A DNA stretch of 64,000 nt from Octopus sinensis (GCF_006345805.1 NC_042997.1:155434001-155498000); one strand, 5' to 3'. Counted from the stretch's first letter, positions 14,506 through 29,157 are shown. The notes: generated by a model from the letters alone, not told the origin. Numbers and translations are program-made.

Positions 14506-15639
14506 GTGCGTGTGTGTGTGTGTGTGTGCATCTATATATAAATATAAATATATATATACACGCACGCACACACACGCATAAAATTACATGTATATAATTA
14601 TATATAGGTCAGACTATGTTTTCATGAGGAACAAAACACTGAGAAGAAATACACCTTCAATGAGTCATAAAATAGGCCAATAACAAATATAAAACCCTGT
14701 GACAGTAAAATCAGGTACAAAAATAACCTCAAACAAAATGCCTGCGAGAAGTATGTCTACTTATGAATAACACAGGAGAAAAAAATAAAAATAAAAAAAC
14801 TAAGTGCAATTCATCACGACACCTGTAGATACTAGAAACTAAATGAATTAAATGCAACAAAGAAAAGCAAGTCGTTTCAAGTGAGTCAATGAAGAAGCCT
14901 CTATATGGCTGCTCAAAATTGCTAGAAAAAGCAATCAAATCTACCTCAAATCACACATGCTGCTATTGTGTAAAAGATAATGTGGTCCTAGTTAAGCCAG
15001 GCTTAAAATGAATAAATAGATTACAAGATGGTCATGCCTGGAGTGCTTCTGGTTGCAAGTCTGCTTGGTTAGGATGTAACTGAGGTTAAGAAGCAACATG
15101 CTTCAAGTAAAACCATATAAATAAACATAATAGTGAGATTTGTGAATCAGAATGCAATGTATGTTTTAATGGTATTAATAGTATTTAAGTGTATATGAGA
15201 AAAAGAGAGATGACTAGAAACTTGAAATTTAAATAACTAGATATATTAAGTGCTTTGTGCAATTATCATACATTATTTACTTTTCACTTTTATTAAGCAA
15301 AGACTTCAGTTCATATGATAGGCTTTGGTGACTTGATCCATTGTCCAAGGTTTATATTTTTTGTCATATTCATAAGTTTCCAGGCAATTAAGCCATCTTA
15401 TCAAATCAAAGTTATAAGGAGAATAAAATATAAAGAAAATTAGTGTAACCACATTAGTTGTTTTTGTATGACCAATACATTCAGGTAATCCATCTCCTCA
15501 ACCCTTTCAATGCCAACCCAATTGAAACCACCTCTGGTTCAATAAAATAAATTGTTTTATTTTAATGTGTTTATGATATAAATCGAAGCCTTCTGCAAGA
15601 AACTCTTCAGATATGACCCGAACACCAGGCTAATAATGG

Positions 15640-15828
15640 TTTCAAATTTTGGCACAAGGCCAGCAATTTTAGGGGAGGGGTAAGTTGATTACATTGACCC
15701 CAGTGTTCAACAGGCACTTATTTTATCAACCCTGAAAGGATGAAAGGCAAAGCCAGCCTCAGTGGAATTTGAACTTAGAATATAAAAACTGACAAAATGC
15801 TAATGATCCCACCAGCTCACCACCTTCC
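15640..15828 (-). mobile_element. SINE family B, CpG-decayed
   Basis: GAAAGGATGAAAGGCAAAG core shared with 36460-36690. Confidence 0.7.
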
Positions 15829-15988
15829 ATTAACCTAATAATGATATTTTATTAATCACTGCCAGTTACTTCATCTTTTCATTTTAATTAATTTAAACAC
15901 ACGGATAGTTTAGTTCATTGAAAACATGTTCATGACAATGAAATTTCCTATTAAATAAAGGTGGTGGGGACACAGAAAAAAATTTAGT

Positions 15989-16211
15989 TTAACCCTTTAT
16001 CATTCAGATTGTCAAAATTGATGCTTATTTATTGATATTGTTTTGAATTAATCATGCATTATCTTGTAGCTTCAAGATTTCAATCATGTGATTGCTTATT
16101 TTTACACTGACATTGTAGGGTAGGTGAGAAGGCCCAGATCTGACCAGTTTGAACATAGAACAGGTAGAATAATTTGGCTAGATTTGGCCAGTTTAAATTC
16201 TAAAAGTTTAA
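15989..16211. mobile_element. Second TTAA-flanked MITE family; related copy at about 16790-16975
   Basis: TTAACCCTTTA-type ends and shared internal sequence between the two copies. Confidence 0.55.
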
Positions 16212-19059
16212 TTAATGAGAATCCAATACATGTTAATAAGATAAGATATTCACCATTTCTCATAGAATTCAAGTCTACTGCATGTAACTTTTCATGAAGT
16301 AGACTAGCATTTGTTCCCACAGCTTTCTGGGGGTGACCTAAGGGAGCAATATAACAGATTTAAACTAATGACCTATGAACCATTGGGAGTCACTTTGCCA
16401 TATTTCTGAAGAGCTATTTCTGTTAATGTTTCAGCAATGACTATTTCAAGAACACTTTAAAAAGTAGGCAGAAGGTACAAATATTCTCATAACCAGCAGT
16501 AAATAAGCTTTTTTTTCACACATCCATACATGGCTTTACTTAATGCTATTCTCACCAACAACACAACCACTTTCAAGACTATTAAGTGGAAGTGTTCACT
16601 CATCAAATTAGTTACAAATATCACAAGTTTCTTCTGATCTTATTCAAAATTATGACTGAACATTTTCTTAAAAAAAAAGAAAGAAAGAAAGAAAAAGAAA
16701 ATTTATGCAAATAATCAGATAAACCAAAAAGCCTCTATGTGATTTCTTGATCTGCTAGAAATAGCAGCCAAATCTCCCTCAAATTGCATACCCTTTACCT
16801 TTTGATATTCAGATTACTCTGTCAAATGTAATGCTTATTTATATGCATCATTTTGAATTAAGCATTTTGAATGACATTATAAAACAGGCATGAGAGGCTG
16901 AATCTGACCGATTTGAATACAAAACGGGTGAAATATTTTGGCCAGATATGATTGATCTAAATGCTAAAGGGTTAATGTCTTATAAAGATAGAACATATTA
17001 GATACATATGTCTGAAATATGTCTATAATGGATAAATAAATAAATAACCAATATTCATAAAATGGCTCTACTTATTGTATTTATATTCTACAAAATAAAC
17101 TAAACCAGTTTATTTTATATAAACCAACTGTTTAAACTAAGATACCAACGTGACTAGGATCAGGACTTCAGCAGAATCTTGCTAATCATAGATTTCTCAG
17201 ATTCATTATAATTCCCACCAACAGGTCAAAGCAAGTACAAAAATGAAATAAATAGTATCAATTTACTAAGGCAATAAAAACATTTTACGTGGGCGCTCAA
17301 CATTCTATTTGATTGTGTTCCATCCATTCATATTTTAGTTTGTGAAACCTACTTTTGACAGGAACAAACATTAAATGTTTCTCTCTATGACATCATGAAA
17401 AAGGGAATTTCTTGTTTAGTCTATTATTAGGAAATATTTACTTTTCAGAACACTTCTTTTAAAAAAGAAATGTGTCTAATTTACAGATGATAAATAACCT
17501 AAGTTTATCAGTATAAAACATATGTATTATCTGATGTCTGCTTTCTATACTTGGATGGGTTGTCATGACCCAAGTTAGCTACCAATTCAAGTTACTATCT
17601 TCCTAGGTGGCTTGAGTGGGAATGCATGTCTTACTTGTAGGTTTAGCTTTGGTATTGTTTCTATGATTGGAGGACATCCTAACACCAACCACTTTACAGA
17701 GCATACTTATTTAAAACTCTGTTCCTAATGGACCATAGCCCACTGGCAACTTTTCTCCAACATTCTTGACACCTGCTTCTCCTCAGTTAGATACATGCTA
17801 CTTTTGGCTTTGCAGCTTCCTTTCAGATTTTGCTGCACCACATATGTATCTCCAATGAGAAAGCTTTCTTTTCCTAAGTCTTGTTGGTTCTGAATTGCCA
17901 TCACTGCTTCTATTATAACTTTGCTTTTTTCTAGGTAGGGGTGCTGACCCTACTCAAACCCATTTTTACTTGGTTTCTATCCTTTGATTTGTTCACCATG
18001 GGAGACCCTGCCAGGAGCCTGCACTCAACCAACATAGCTCTCAGGTTAATTTGAGATACCAGCACAAAAGACACTGATAAGTCTTCAACAAGACAAGACT
18101 AAAGGGCCCTCTCACCCCTACATTATCTTTTCTCATTTATCAATCACATTACAGAGTACAGACTGAATTTTACCTCGACACCAGTACAAGCGAGGTTGCC
18201 TTGTTGTATGCAGCTACCCTGTTCATTGGAGCAACAAGACTATAATTAAAGTGGGCAATCGCAGAAAATGAACTAAAGTGCCTGGGAGAAAGGGTGAAAA
18301 TATAAAGGAAGAAACAGAATTATTTGATTACTTTTTTTTTTGTATGTTAAGTACAACAGTTTCTCAAAATTCATTGATAAAAGAAGTGGTGGCATTCAAC
18401 TAGTGTTTGCATTATCTCCAGTGAAGGAGCTTCCCCCAAATGTCATTCGTTTTTCTCACAGCAACAATTCATTGAGGTAATGTTATCCATTTCCCACTGC
18501 ACACATATTAGAATTTTTTTTAAAGCTTTCTGCATTAAACCACTTTAACACTAGTTTTATTTATACAACATTGTGAACATTTTCCACTTACTATTTACAA
18601 ACCACACCATCAGTAGTTGCCTTACTTCTAATGATTTACTTTACTGTTTATAATATCTTGGTTACTTCAACAAATGTCTATTGTTTTAGTTTGTTTGCAT
18701 CATTCATCTATGAAATAGAATTACACCCATTGATAAAATACTGACACATTTGTTATTTTTTCCACTTTCTTTCTTTTTATCAGTTAGTCAGAGACAGGGT
18801 AGCCTCCTTCTCCAAGCTGGTAGGAGACAGGAGGCAGGTATCACAACTAATGAGTTGCTGCAGTAAGAAATAACATATCAAAATATTGAGTTATCCTCAG
18901 ACTTGTTTCCTTGTTAGAATGTTTGCAACAATGCTAAAAGCACCTAAGTGTTAGATGATAGTGTAAAACCAAAAAGAACAGATTAAATCTATCAGACAAG
19001 AACAGCTACAGTTTATCTTCTATACCCTCTCTCTCTCTTTCGGAGAGGCACTGAGCAGT

Positions 19060-19238
19060 TATACGCACACATACACACACGGCAGTAACTTCCACCTACC
19101 GAATTCAATCACAAAGCTCCGGTCGGCTCGGGGCTATAGTGAAAGACACCTACCCAAAGTGCCACGCAGTGGGACTGAACCCGAAACCATGTAGCTAGGA
19201 AGCAAGCTCCCTAACCACACAGCCATGCCCGCGCCTAC
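19060..19238 (-). mobile_element. SINE family A, 5' half
   Basis: GTGCCACGCAGTGGGACTGAACCCG ... CCACACAGCCATGCCCGCGCC. Confidence 0.8.
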
Positions 19239-19354
19239 AAAAATGTATGCACATATACACAGCGCTATGCGTGTGGCAAGTTTTCTACAGCCGGATGCCC
19301 TTCCTGACGCCAACCCCCACCTGTTGCCAAGCAAGGTAGTTTTTTCCCTACAGT

Positions 19355-19573
19355 TTCTTTATTGCCGACAAGGAGCTAAACACAGAGGGGACAAACAAGG
19401 GATTAAGTCAATTACATCGACCCAAGTGCGTAACTGGCACTTAATTTATCGACCCCGAAAGGATGAAAGGCAAAGTCAACCTCGGTGAAATTTGAACTCA
19501 GAACGTAATGGCCAATGAAATACCACTAAGCATTTCACACGGCATGCTAATGTTTCTGCCAGCTCGCCGCCTT
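19355..19573 (-). mobile_element. SINE family B
   Basis: Near-complete match to 36460-36690. Confidence 0.8.
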
Positions 19574-20471
19574 GTATCTTCCATACAGTTTCTGCCTAAC
19601 TCCACTTATAAGGCAAGATTCGACTTGAGGCTATAGTAGAAGCTTGCCCATAGTGCTTATCAATGAAACTAAACCTAGAACAATGTAACTGTAAAATAAA
19701 CTTAAGCACATGTCTGTGCTTTGTAAATAGTAGTCAAATCTCCATCAAACCAAACCAAGTCTTGAAAAGAAAAAAATGAGTCAGTTATAACTAGTGCTGG
19801 TCCTTAGCTAAATAACATCTCTCAAATCACAGAGCAGTGTCTTAAGAAAAGGGAAGGCTATAATGTAGTCCTTGAGAACGGGGTATGCAAAAACATATAG
19901 GGTGGACATTTTATATACATATATTCGCTGTAGTTGAAAGTATGTTACATGTAAAGAAATGGGTGACCAAAACCCCCACTATGCCACTGCCTTAATGCAC
20001 TATGACTGAAAAAAAAAGTCCAAGGAATAAACAAAATGAAGCATCAGTTTACAAAAAAGAACCAGTAAGTTGAATGAATACTACTTGTAACTTGCAGATA
20101 AATTGCACCAGAATTACAAACTAACAACTTTAACTACTTGAGATTTCACACTTCTTTATCCTATGATGGTGATGTTTCATAATGTTTCCCATCACTAGAA
20201 TTATATGAGTCAGTAGACCATTACTTATATATTTATCCAATAACTAAATCTTCACTAGTTATTCCAGTTAAATATCTTAGTAGGTAGAAAGTTCACAACT
20301 TAACTCTTGCAATATTCAGTTTGAACCAGTTTCTCTTATATTGCTAATATCCTTGAGAAGGTATGAAAGTTAAAACAGCTAATTTCCTCTTTCCTGAAAT
20401 CTAAAGTTTCGTATGTAAACAATTTTTTTTCTTCCTTTTTTAAAAATTAATTTCATATAATAGCAGAGAGA

Positions 20472-20782
20472 ATATATATATATATATATTATATATATAT
20501 ATACACACACACACACACATATACATATATACATACACACACATATACATATATACATACACACACACACACACACACATATACATATATACATACACAC
20601 ACATACATATATACATACACACACACATACATATATACATACACACACACATACATATATACATACACACACACATACATATATACATACACACACATAC
20701 ATATATACATACACACACACATACATATATACATACACACACACATATATATATACATACACACACACATATATATATACAT

Positions 20783-20827
<45 letters not shown>

Positions 20828-20838
20828 TACATATATAT

Positions 20839-20905
<67 letters not shown>

Positions 20906-21451
20906 CACACACATACATATATATATACACACACACATACATATACATATATATACACACACACATACATATACATATATACACACACACATATACATAT
21001 ATATACACACACACATACATATATATACACACACACACACATACATATATATACACACACACATACATATATATACACACACACATACATATATATACAC
21101 ACACACACACATATACATATATATACACACACACACATACATATACATATATATACACACACACATACATATACATATATATACACACACACATACATAT
21201 ACATATATATACACACACACATACATATACATATATATACACACACACATACATATACATATATATATACACACACACACATACATATACATAATATATA
21301 CACACACACATAACATATATATATATATTATATATACACACACACACACAACATATACATATATATATACACACACACATACATATACATATATATATAC
21401 ACACACACACATACATATACATATATATATACACACACACACATACATACA

Positions 21452-21487
<36 letters not shown>

Positions 21488-21802
21488 CACACACATACAT
21501 ATACATATATATACACACACACATACATATACATATATATACACACACACATATACATATATATATACACACATATACATATACATACACACACACATAT
21601 ACATATATATATACACACATATACATATACACACATATACATATACATATACACATATACATATATATACACACAATACATATATATATATATATACACA
21701 CACATACATATATATCACACACACATATATAATATATATATATACAACACACATATATATATACACACACACACACATATATATACACACACACACATAT
21801 AC

Positions 21803-21863
<61 letters not shown>

Positions 21864-21864
21864 T

Positions 21865-21895
<31 letters not shown>

Positions 21896-21908
21896 CACAC
21901 ACACACAC
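20472..21908. repeat. About 1.4-kb compound (AT)n/(AC)n microsatellite with 22-30 bp higher-order units
   Basis: Almost uninterrupted purine-pyrimidine alternation, with recurring units such as ACATACATATATACATACACACAC. Confidence 0.97.
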
Positions 21909-22149
21909 TTAACTATTAACTTCTTTAGCTTGATCTGGCAGCAGTATTCTTCATGTTTTTAATAACTAAAATATTTTGATATCACTTACCAGCTGCATAG
22001 TTTATCTAATGACAGTTTTGTAAGGTAAATGATATTCAGTTCCAATTAAGAAACGAACAGTACACCACAGACACCATTACAATTTACATGGAAGTTTCTA
22101 TGTAGCTGTTCAACTGGCTAGAAACAGCAGTCAGTATCTTATGAGTTGC

Positions 22150-22380
22150 AAGGCAGCAAGCTGGCAGAATCATTGGCACCCCGGGCTAAATGCTTAGTGG
22201 CATTTTGTCAATCTTTATGTTCTGAGTTCAAACTCCACCAAGACCAGCTTTACCTTTTATCCTTTCAAGGTTGATAAAATAAGTACTAGTTATCTCTTCC
22301 TCCGAAAGGTTGATAAAACAAGTACTACTTATCCCCTCCCCTGAAATTGCTGGCCTTGTGCCAAAATTTGAAACCAATAT
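22150..22380 (+). mobile_element. SINE family B
   Basis: GGCAGCAAGCTGGCAGAA head, GAGTTCAAACTCC B-box-like motif and GGCCTTGTGCCAAAATTTGAAAC tail. Confidence 0.75.
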
Positions 22381-22541
22381 CGTCAGAGCTGCCCTTTAAT
22401 TCTTAGTCAACCCTGATCCAGTCAACCTTTCCAGCTATAACTGTTGTCCTTTTTTTTTTCCAGTGTATTCTGCTTTACTTAAAATGATATGGTGTAATTT
22501 AAAGGAGATTTAGCTGCAGTTTCTAAATCTAGCACTCACAT

Positions 22542-22935
22542 AGGTGCAGGAGTGGCTGTGTGGTAAGTAGCTTGTTTACCAACCATATGGTTCCGGGTTC
22601 AGTCCCACTGCATGGCACCTTGGGCAAATGTTTTCTACTATAGTCTCGGGCCGACCAAAGCCTTGTGAGTGGATTTGGTAGACGGAAACTGAAAGAACCC
22701 CGTCGTATATATGTATATATATATATGCGTGTGTGAGTTTGTCCCCCTAGCATTGCTTGACAACCGATGCTGGTGTGTTTATGCCCCCGTTACTTAGCGG
22801 TTCGGCAAAAGAGACCGATAGAATAAGTACTGGGCTTACAAAAGAATAAGTCCCAGGGTCAAGTTGCTCGATTAAAGGCGGTGCTCCAGCATGGCCGCAG
22901 TCAAATGACTGAAACAAGTAAAAAAAGTAAAGAGT
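22542..22935 (+). mobile_element. Full-length tRNA-derived SINE, family A
   Basis: A-box-like TGGCTGTGTGG, B-box-like GGTTCAGTCCC, an internal microsatellite and the tail GGTGCTCCAGCATGGCCGCAGTCAAATGACTGAAAC. Confidence 0.9.
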
Positions 22936-23544
22936 ACAGAGATTCAATCACTGGCTTTAGGGTCTCTTTTTAGAAAATAATCAGCAACCTGAATTGAAAA
23001 TGGAAAAAATTTGATGAATCACACGGTATCTATGCCAATGGTTTGTGCCAAAATGTATTTGACTTGCATGTACTGCATGACACACTCTAAATCTAGAACA
23101 GATGTAGTAACAAGCTAAAGCTAGGTGAGGGAGACAAATGACAACATGGTTTCTTTTGACATATTTCCTACATACTGGCTGGGACAATCCCTAAAACTAC
23201 AACCAACTACAAACTTCACTTCCATTATCAATTTAAAAGACAAGCCTGATAATTATACACTTACCCTCCAACCGACTAACCAACTCTCTTCCCTCTTTCA
23301 CACACACACACACTTGTGGTTTCCTCCCTGCTACAAAGTTTGAAACTAAATAATATGAAATCAAATTAGTTTATTTTATGGTGTGCTTTGCTGATGTATT
23401 TTAAATAAGTTTCTAAAAGTAAGCACATTTGATAACAGCCAGTCTGTGGAGATCTATAACACAAAATTTAATTTTAGAAAGTATCCATTTTTAAAGTGAA
23501 ACCTTACTTCATAAATATTCCAGATACCAACTTAAGGAAAAAGT

Positions 23545-23920
23545 TAAGCTTGCTATCACATGGTTTCAGGTTCAGTCCCACTGCACAGCAACTTAGGCAA
23601 AGTGTCTTCTAGTGCAGCACTGGGCTAACCAAAGCATTGTAAATGGAAATAGAAGAAGCTTGTGTGTGTGTTTGCATGTGTGCATGTACACACATGCATT
23701 TGTGTATATTTATCTGTGTTTGTCTTACCACCACTGCTTGACAACCAGTATTGGTTTGTTTATGGCCCCAAAGCTTAGTGGTTCAGCAAAAGAGACCAGT
23801 AGAACAAGTGCCAAACTTAAAAAAAAAGGACTGAAGCCAATTTGTTAACCTAAAACCCTTCAAGGCGATGCCCCAGTATGGCCACAGTCCAATGAGTGAA
23901 ACAAGTTGAAGATAAAAGAT
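23545..23920 (+). mobile_element. SINE family A, decayed
   Basis: Collinear with 22542-22935. Confidence 0.75.
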
Positions 23921-25093
23921 TATTCTGAATTCTTGATTATCTTCTAAATTATTTAAATACATTAGAAAGCACCATCATCTTTTAATGTCCACTTTTCTAT
24001 TTCTGTATGGGTTAAATGAAATTTGTTGAGGCATCTTTTCTACAGCCAGATGCCCTACCTGTCACCAACCCTCACTTGTTTCCAAGCAAGGTAATATTCC
24101 ACCAAGGAAGACAGGAAAGGAACCACATCACATGTACGATAGTGATGCTCATTTACAATCACCACATGATGTCGAGGCAAGGACACACACACACTGTAAA
24201 GTAATGGCATTTGGAAGGGCATCCAGTTGTAAGAACCATGCCAAAATTAACCTCACCTGTGCTAGTGCCATGTAAAAAGCACCGAGTCCACTCTGCAGAG
24301 TGGTTGGTGTTAGGAAGGGCACCCAGCCTTAAAAGTCCTGCCAAAGCAAACTCAGTAGCATAGGGTAGTTTTTCAACCTGGCCAGTTCCTATGTACTTTC
24401 CTACCCATGCATGCATGGAAGATGGACATTAAATGATGATGATACATACAACAGGCTTCAAGTTTCCATTTACCAAGACTTTAGTTGGCCCAGGGTTATA
24501 ATAGTAAAAGACAGGTTTCAAGGTGTTGTACAATAGGACTGAACCCAAGACCATATGGTTGGGAAGCAAACTTCTTAACCACACAGCCACACTTGTGCCT
24601 ATATATGGTCAAAAAACAAGTTCAAAAAATTCAATGGAAGACATTATTAGTTCAACGCCAGCATAGAAAATAGACATTAAATGATGAGGAGGAGCCTGCA
24701 GCCAACAGGTGAATTACAGGTGTTCTCTGTGGGCTCAGAACCATTTAAAATTTTTTTCTAATTTTAGTTATTTCTGGGGCATTGAGCAGCTGGTGGCTTT
24801 TGGGTAGCTTTTTTTTGTGTCAATATTTGTTTAATTTTTGCTTACATATAAGCATTGCCAATGATGGAAATGAGCGGGATAGACAGGGATATGTTTATAT
24901 ATAAGATATGTTCTAATCTAATACAGATGTAGGTTATGAGCAATAGCATAAAAAAATAAAGCAGGCCATTACACAAAAAAAAAAGTTGCTAACCTCTGAT
25001 CTAAAGCTAATAATTTCTTCGATTTCAACAATATAGATTTGTTAAAACCAATCAATATGTTCAGTGTCACTACTAAGAAGCATGCATGTGTGT

Positions 25094-25310
25094 GCATGGC
25101 CTAGTGGTTAAGGTGCTGCATTCATGATCTAGCAGTAGTGGTTTCAGTTCCTAGACTGGGAAGTGCATAGTTTTCTTGAGCAAAACACTTCATCTTACAG
25201 GGCTCTGCGATCACTTCAACACCTGATGCATGGTACACAGTGCACCTGCTCAGATAAGGTCGATTTGATGGAGTGATGAAGGGAGTGAGCTAATGTGCAG
25301 CACAAACATT
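25094..25310 (+). mobile_element. tRNA-derived SINE, family C, with an RTE-type repeat inserted at about 25313-25700
   Basis: TGGCCTAGTGGTTAAGG A-box and TTCTTGAGCAAAACACTT domain. The adjacent repeat begins with (CAT)n. Confidence 0.55.
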
Positions 25311-27603
25311 TGATCATCATCATCATCATTTAACGTCCATTGTCCATGCTAGCATGGGTTGGATGGTTTGACCAGAGCTGGCAAGCTGGAAGGCTGCACC
25401 AGACTCCAGACTGATTTTGCATGGTTTCTATGGCTGGATGCCTTTCCTAACACCAACCACTTAGAGAGTGTAATGGGTGCTTTTACATGATACCAGTATC
25501 TGCCATGACTGCAATTTTACTTGGCTTGATGGCTCTTCTTCTCAAGAACAGCATAATGCCAAAGATCTTGGTTATTTGTCATTGCCTCTGTGAGGCCCAA
25601 CACTCAAAGGGTGCTTTATACAGGCCACCAGCATCGGCCACCTTGCCTCTGTGAGGCCCAATGCTTGAAAGGTGCTTTTTACACACCAGTTATGTGACAT
25701 CATTATAAACAAATCATTTGTGCAGGTCATTTAGCTAAAGCTGAATACTCATCTGTCATCTTTGACATGCAAGACCATCATATATATGTACGAGGTCTGA
25801 TCAATAAGTATCTGGACTGTTGCCTTAGTCATGAAGCTAAAGCACACAGATTGAATCTGCTTGGCACAGACTGACTTCAGATTCTGCTGTGCATGTGCAC
25901 TAAGTTTTAACTTTGAAGCAAATTTTTGGCTGCTATTTCTAAAAGGTGAAGTGATCTTGCAGAAGCTCTTCCATTGGTTGAGAATGAAAACATGTCAATC
26001 ACAACAGCAGGCTGGATCCAAACATAAGAAACAATTTAAGAAAAAGAATAAAAGCAAAATCTTAAATTGATGAATAAATTTGTTGAAGAAACTTCATAAA
26101 TTGCAAATGGGGAAACTTTTACATGGTTGCTTGACCTTCTAGAAACAGTAGCAAAATCTCCTTTCAAATCACCACATACCAATATGCATGTCTTGTATAT
26201 AAAAAAAACAAAACACAGTTACAAGCAGAGTGCTCTTCCTCATAGGAGTGCTCAATTACAGATGACCTAGGGTTAAACAGCAATTACACGGATATCTATA
26301 AGATTGTACTTTCCATTATATGTTCATAGTGATTGTATAAACAGAAATTTACTTTAAAGTCAGTTAATTATGGTGATATGTTATGATTCTGGAGCCAGAT
26401 GACTCATTAGTCAACAATCAGATAAAACAAGAATGACCTCACATAGCCAGAGACAACACTGGTTACCATCATCACCACCACCACCTTGCTCCGCTGAGCT
26501 GTCTTTTGATGTCTGATTCATAAATCATATGAAGGAAAACCACAACTATTGTACACCCTAACTAAACTCCAGAAAAGGAATTTTATGTCAGTCCTTACAT
26601 CATTTCCATCACTGCCATTGAAATTGTGTTCAGTGTATAAGAATATCAAGGGAATAAAACCAAAACTCTTCTATTCAATTACTTGTGAAGCAACAACAAC
26701 TTACAAATTATTATTATATATTTATTCTTTTAATGGTTTCAGTCATCAGACTGCAGCCATGCTGGAGCACTGCCTTCAAAGGTTAGTCAATCATACTGAT
26801 ACCAGCACTTATTTCAGTTTGGCATTTATTGATCCTGTTTTATGGAATAGTTTTACTACTTCGGAGTAAAAGGACATAAAAGATAAAGATGTATCTTAAG
26901 TTATCTTTTACTTGTTTCAGTCATTAGACTACACCCATGTTAGGGTAATGCCTCAAAGAACTTTTTGTCAAATGAATAGAATAGACCTGAGTACCTTTTT
27001 TTTTTAAGCCTAGCACTTATTCTGTTGGTCATTTTTGCAAAACTGTTAAGTTATAGGGATGTAAACATACTAACACTGGTTGTCATGTGGCAGTGGGAGA
27101 TAAACACAGATGCAAACACACACACACGAGGGGGTGCTGAAAAGTTCCTGGCTTTGGGTAAAAGAAAATACAGGAAGATCAGTTAATTATGATTTTATTT
27201 AAGATATTCCTCTCTCGAATTATTACACTTATTACAGTGATCCTTCAGCTTTTTTAAGAACTCAGAAGCTTGGGCTTCCAACCAGGCCTTCTGCAATACC
27301 CTTAATGTCAAGAACTTTTTAGCACCCTCTTATTTGTGTATGTGATTCCACTTTGTGATGTTTTTATGCAAATTATTTACTAAACCATAATTAGTTTTAT
27401 GAGTCTACTATTCAGTGATAATATAGGTATGTTGTCATATGTAAGATAAACAAAAAAAAATCACATGTCCAAATCAAAAGTTTCATTTAGTTGGTTTTAC
27501 ATTCAATTGTACTCAGAGACAGGCTAGACAAGAAACAATTTGAAAACTTAAAAAACCATATTCTATCAATACTGATCTCTTCCATGTGTTATGAAAAACC
27601 TAT

Positions 27604-27972
27604 AGGTGCAGACATGGCTGTGTGGTAAGAAGCTTGCTTCTCAATCACATGGGTCCAGGTTCAGTCCCACTGCATGGTACCTTAGGCAAGTGTCTTTAAC
27701 TCTAGCCGCATATTGAACAAAACCTTATAAGTGGATTTGGTAGGTGGAAACTGAAAGAAACCCGTCATATATATGTATCTATGTGTGTGTCTGTGTTTAA
27801 CACCACCACTACTTAACTGGTGTTAGTGAATTTATGTCCTGTAACTTAGCAGTTCAGCCTAAGAGACTGATAGAATACGGAGTAGACTTGAAAATAAATC
27901 TTGGGGGTCAATTTGTTTGACTAGAACCTGCCAAGCATGACCAAAGTCAATTGGCTGAAACAAATAAAAGAT
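27604..27972 (+). mobile_element. SINE family A
   Basis: Collinear with 22542-22935. Confidence 0.8.
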
Positions 27973-28207
27973 ATCAATACTGATCTTGTCCCATGTATTA
28001 CAAAAATAATGTCCTATCAATAATGATCTCTAACATCTTATACACATCAGAAACTCAGAACAGTAAACAATAGAAAATGTTCTAATTACATAGAGAAAAA
28101 AATTGTAGAATTGAAAAATATGACTTTTGTTTGAATTGTACAAATCAACTAAACTACCAAGCAAATAAAATAAAAAAAAAAGAAAGAGGAAAAAAATTCA
28201 AACTCAC

Positions 28208-28270
28208 TCTCAGTTTTCCAAATCTCATCTTTCTTTTTGTAAACTTGTTCAATTGATGCTATGACGATGT
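28208..28270 (-). CDS. Candidate internal exon of an unidentified gene
   Basis: The acceptor has a branch-point-like CTAAC and a pyrimidine tract (CTTTTTCTAACACTTACTTCACATCTAG) and the donor is GTGAGT. One open frame reads DIVIASIEQVYKKKDEIWKTE. Confidence 0.35.
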
Positions 28271-28630
28271 CTAGATGTGAAGTAAGTGTTAGAAAAAGTT
28301 GATTGAATAAGGGTGAGAGGATTGTTTTAACAAGGTTATAAAAAGCAATGGCATTGCCGCTCAGTGTAGATATTAGATTTCATAATAAACCAACACAGCA
28401 GAAAAGCAACAATATTAATAGATTTAATAGGAAAATAATATTAAGCATTTGGAATTCTTTAAACAGGAACTAAGAAATTAGTCCCAAAACTTGCTGATGA
28501 CAAGATTCTATATTTATGAAGTATGAAGATTCTATATTTAGGGTGTTATGGCAATGCACTGGCTATTTTGTTTAAGTATATTATTATTAATTATTATTGT
28601 TAATTATTATTATTATTATTATTATTATTC

Positions 28631-29157
28631 AGTAGTTTTATTTTTATAGCGTGCTTTCACTTCACTACCGAGCGCAGCTCTGTGTGCCTTGGGTATGTGC
28701 TGTGATTTGTTGTGATGCTCTGATGGTTATTGTATGGAAAGTGTTCTGCGTAGGATGTGTGCAGTGCCTAGTAGGGCAATTTTCTGTATGTTATATGTGT
28801 TTGTAAGTCCTGATGTTTTTGTTATGTATTTGTCTGAATATTTTTTTATCATGCCTAATGCACCTACTATGATAGGAATTGTTTCTGTTTTCAGGTTCCA
28901 CATTCTAGTTACCTCTATTTCCAGGTCTTTGTATTTTGAGAGTTTCTCCATTTCTTTTAGAGACACGTTGTCATCTGCCGGTATTGATACATCAATTAGA
29001 AAGCATTTTTTTTCTTCATGATCTCTGACAACTATATCTGGTCTGTTGGCCTTAATTTCTCTATCTGTGTGTATCGGCATATCCCAGAGTATGGTTGCTT
29101 TCTCGTTTTCTGTGACCTTTTCTGGCGTGTGCTTATACCATCTTTTTTCTGTTGTAT
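28631..29157 (-). mobile_element. 5'-truncated R4/Dong-type non-LTR retrotransposon (restriction-like endonuclease domain)
   Basis: ORF 28727-29080 contains NRPDIVV...LIDVSIP...KLSKYKDL...PIIVGALG, the RLE PD..D/K motif. Both flanks are (TAA)n. Confidence 0.9.

Noticed and set aside
14715-14822. C/D-box snoRNA on the minus strand (GTGATGA...CTGA)
   Set aside because: There is no terminal stem and no recognisable rRNA-complementary guide.
20379-21908. 509-, 471- and 289-aa ORFs (and similar C/V/Y/I- or H/T-rich ORFs at 41.7-42.6, 51.6 and 55.4 kb)
   Set aside because: They are translations of AT/AC microsatellites that lack stop codons, not proteins.
20472-21908. Repeat array as a CRISPR-like locus
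   Set aside because: There are no unique spacers or fixed repeat, no cas genes, and the context is eukaryotic.
28208-28448. Signal-peptide-like ORF with an in-frame TGA (possible selenocysteine or readthrough)
   Set aside because: No SECIS was seen, and the upstream part is better explained as AT-rich intron with a good acceptor at 28271.
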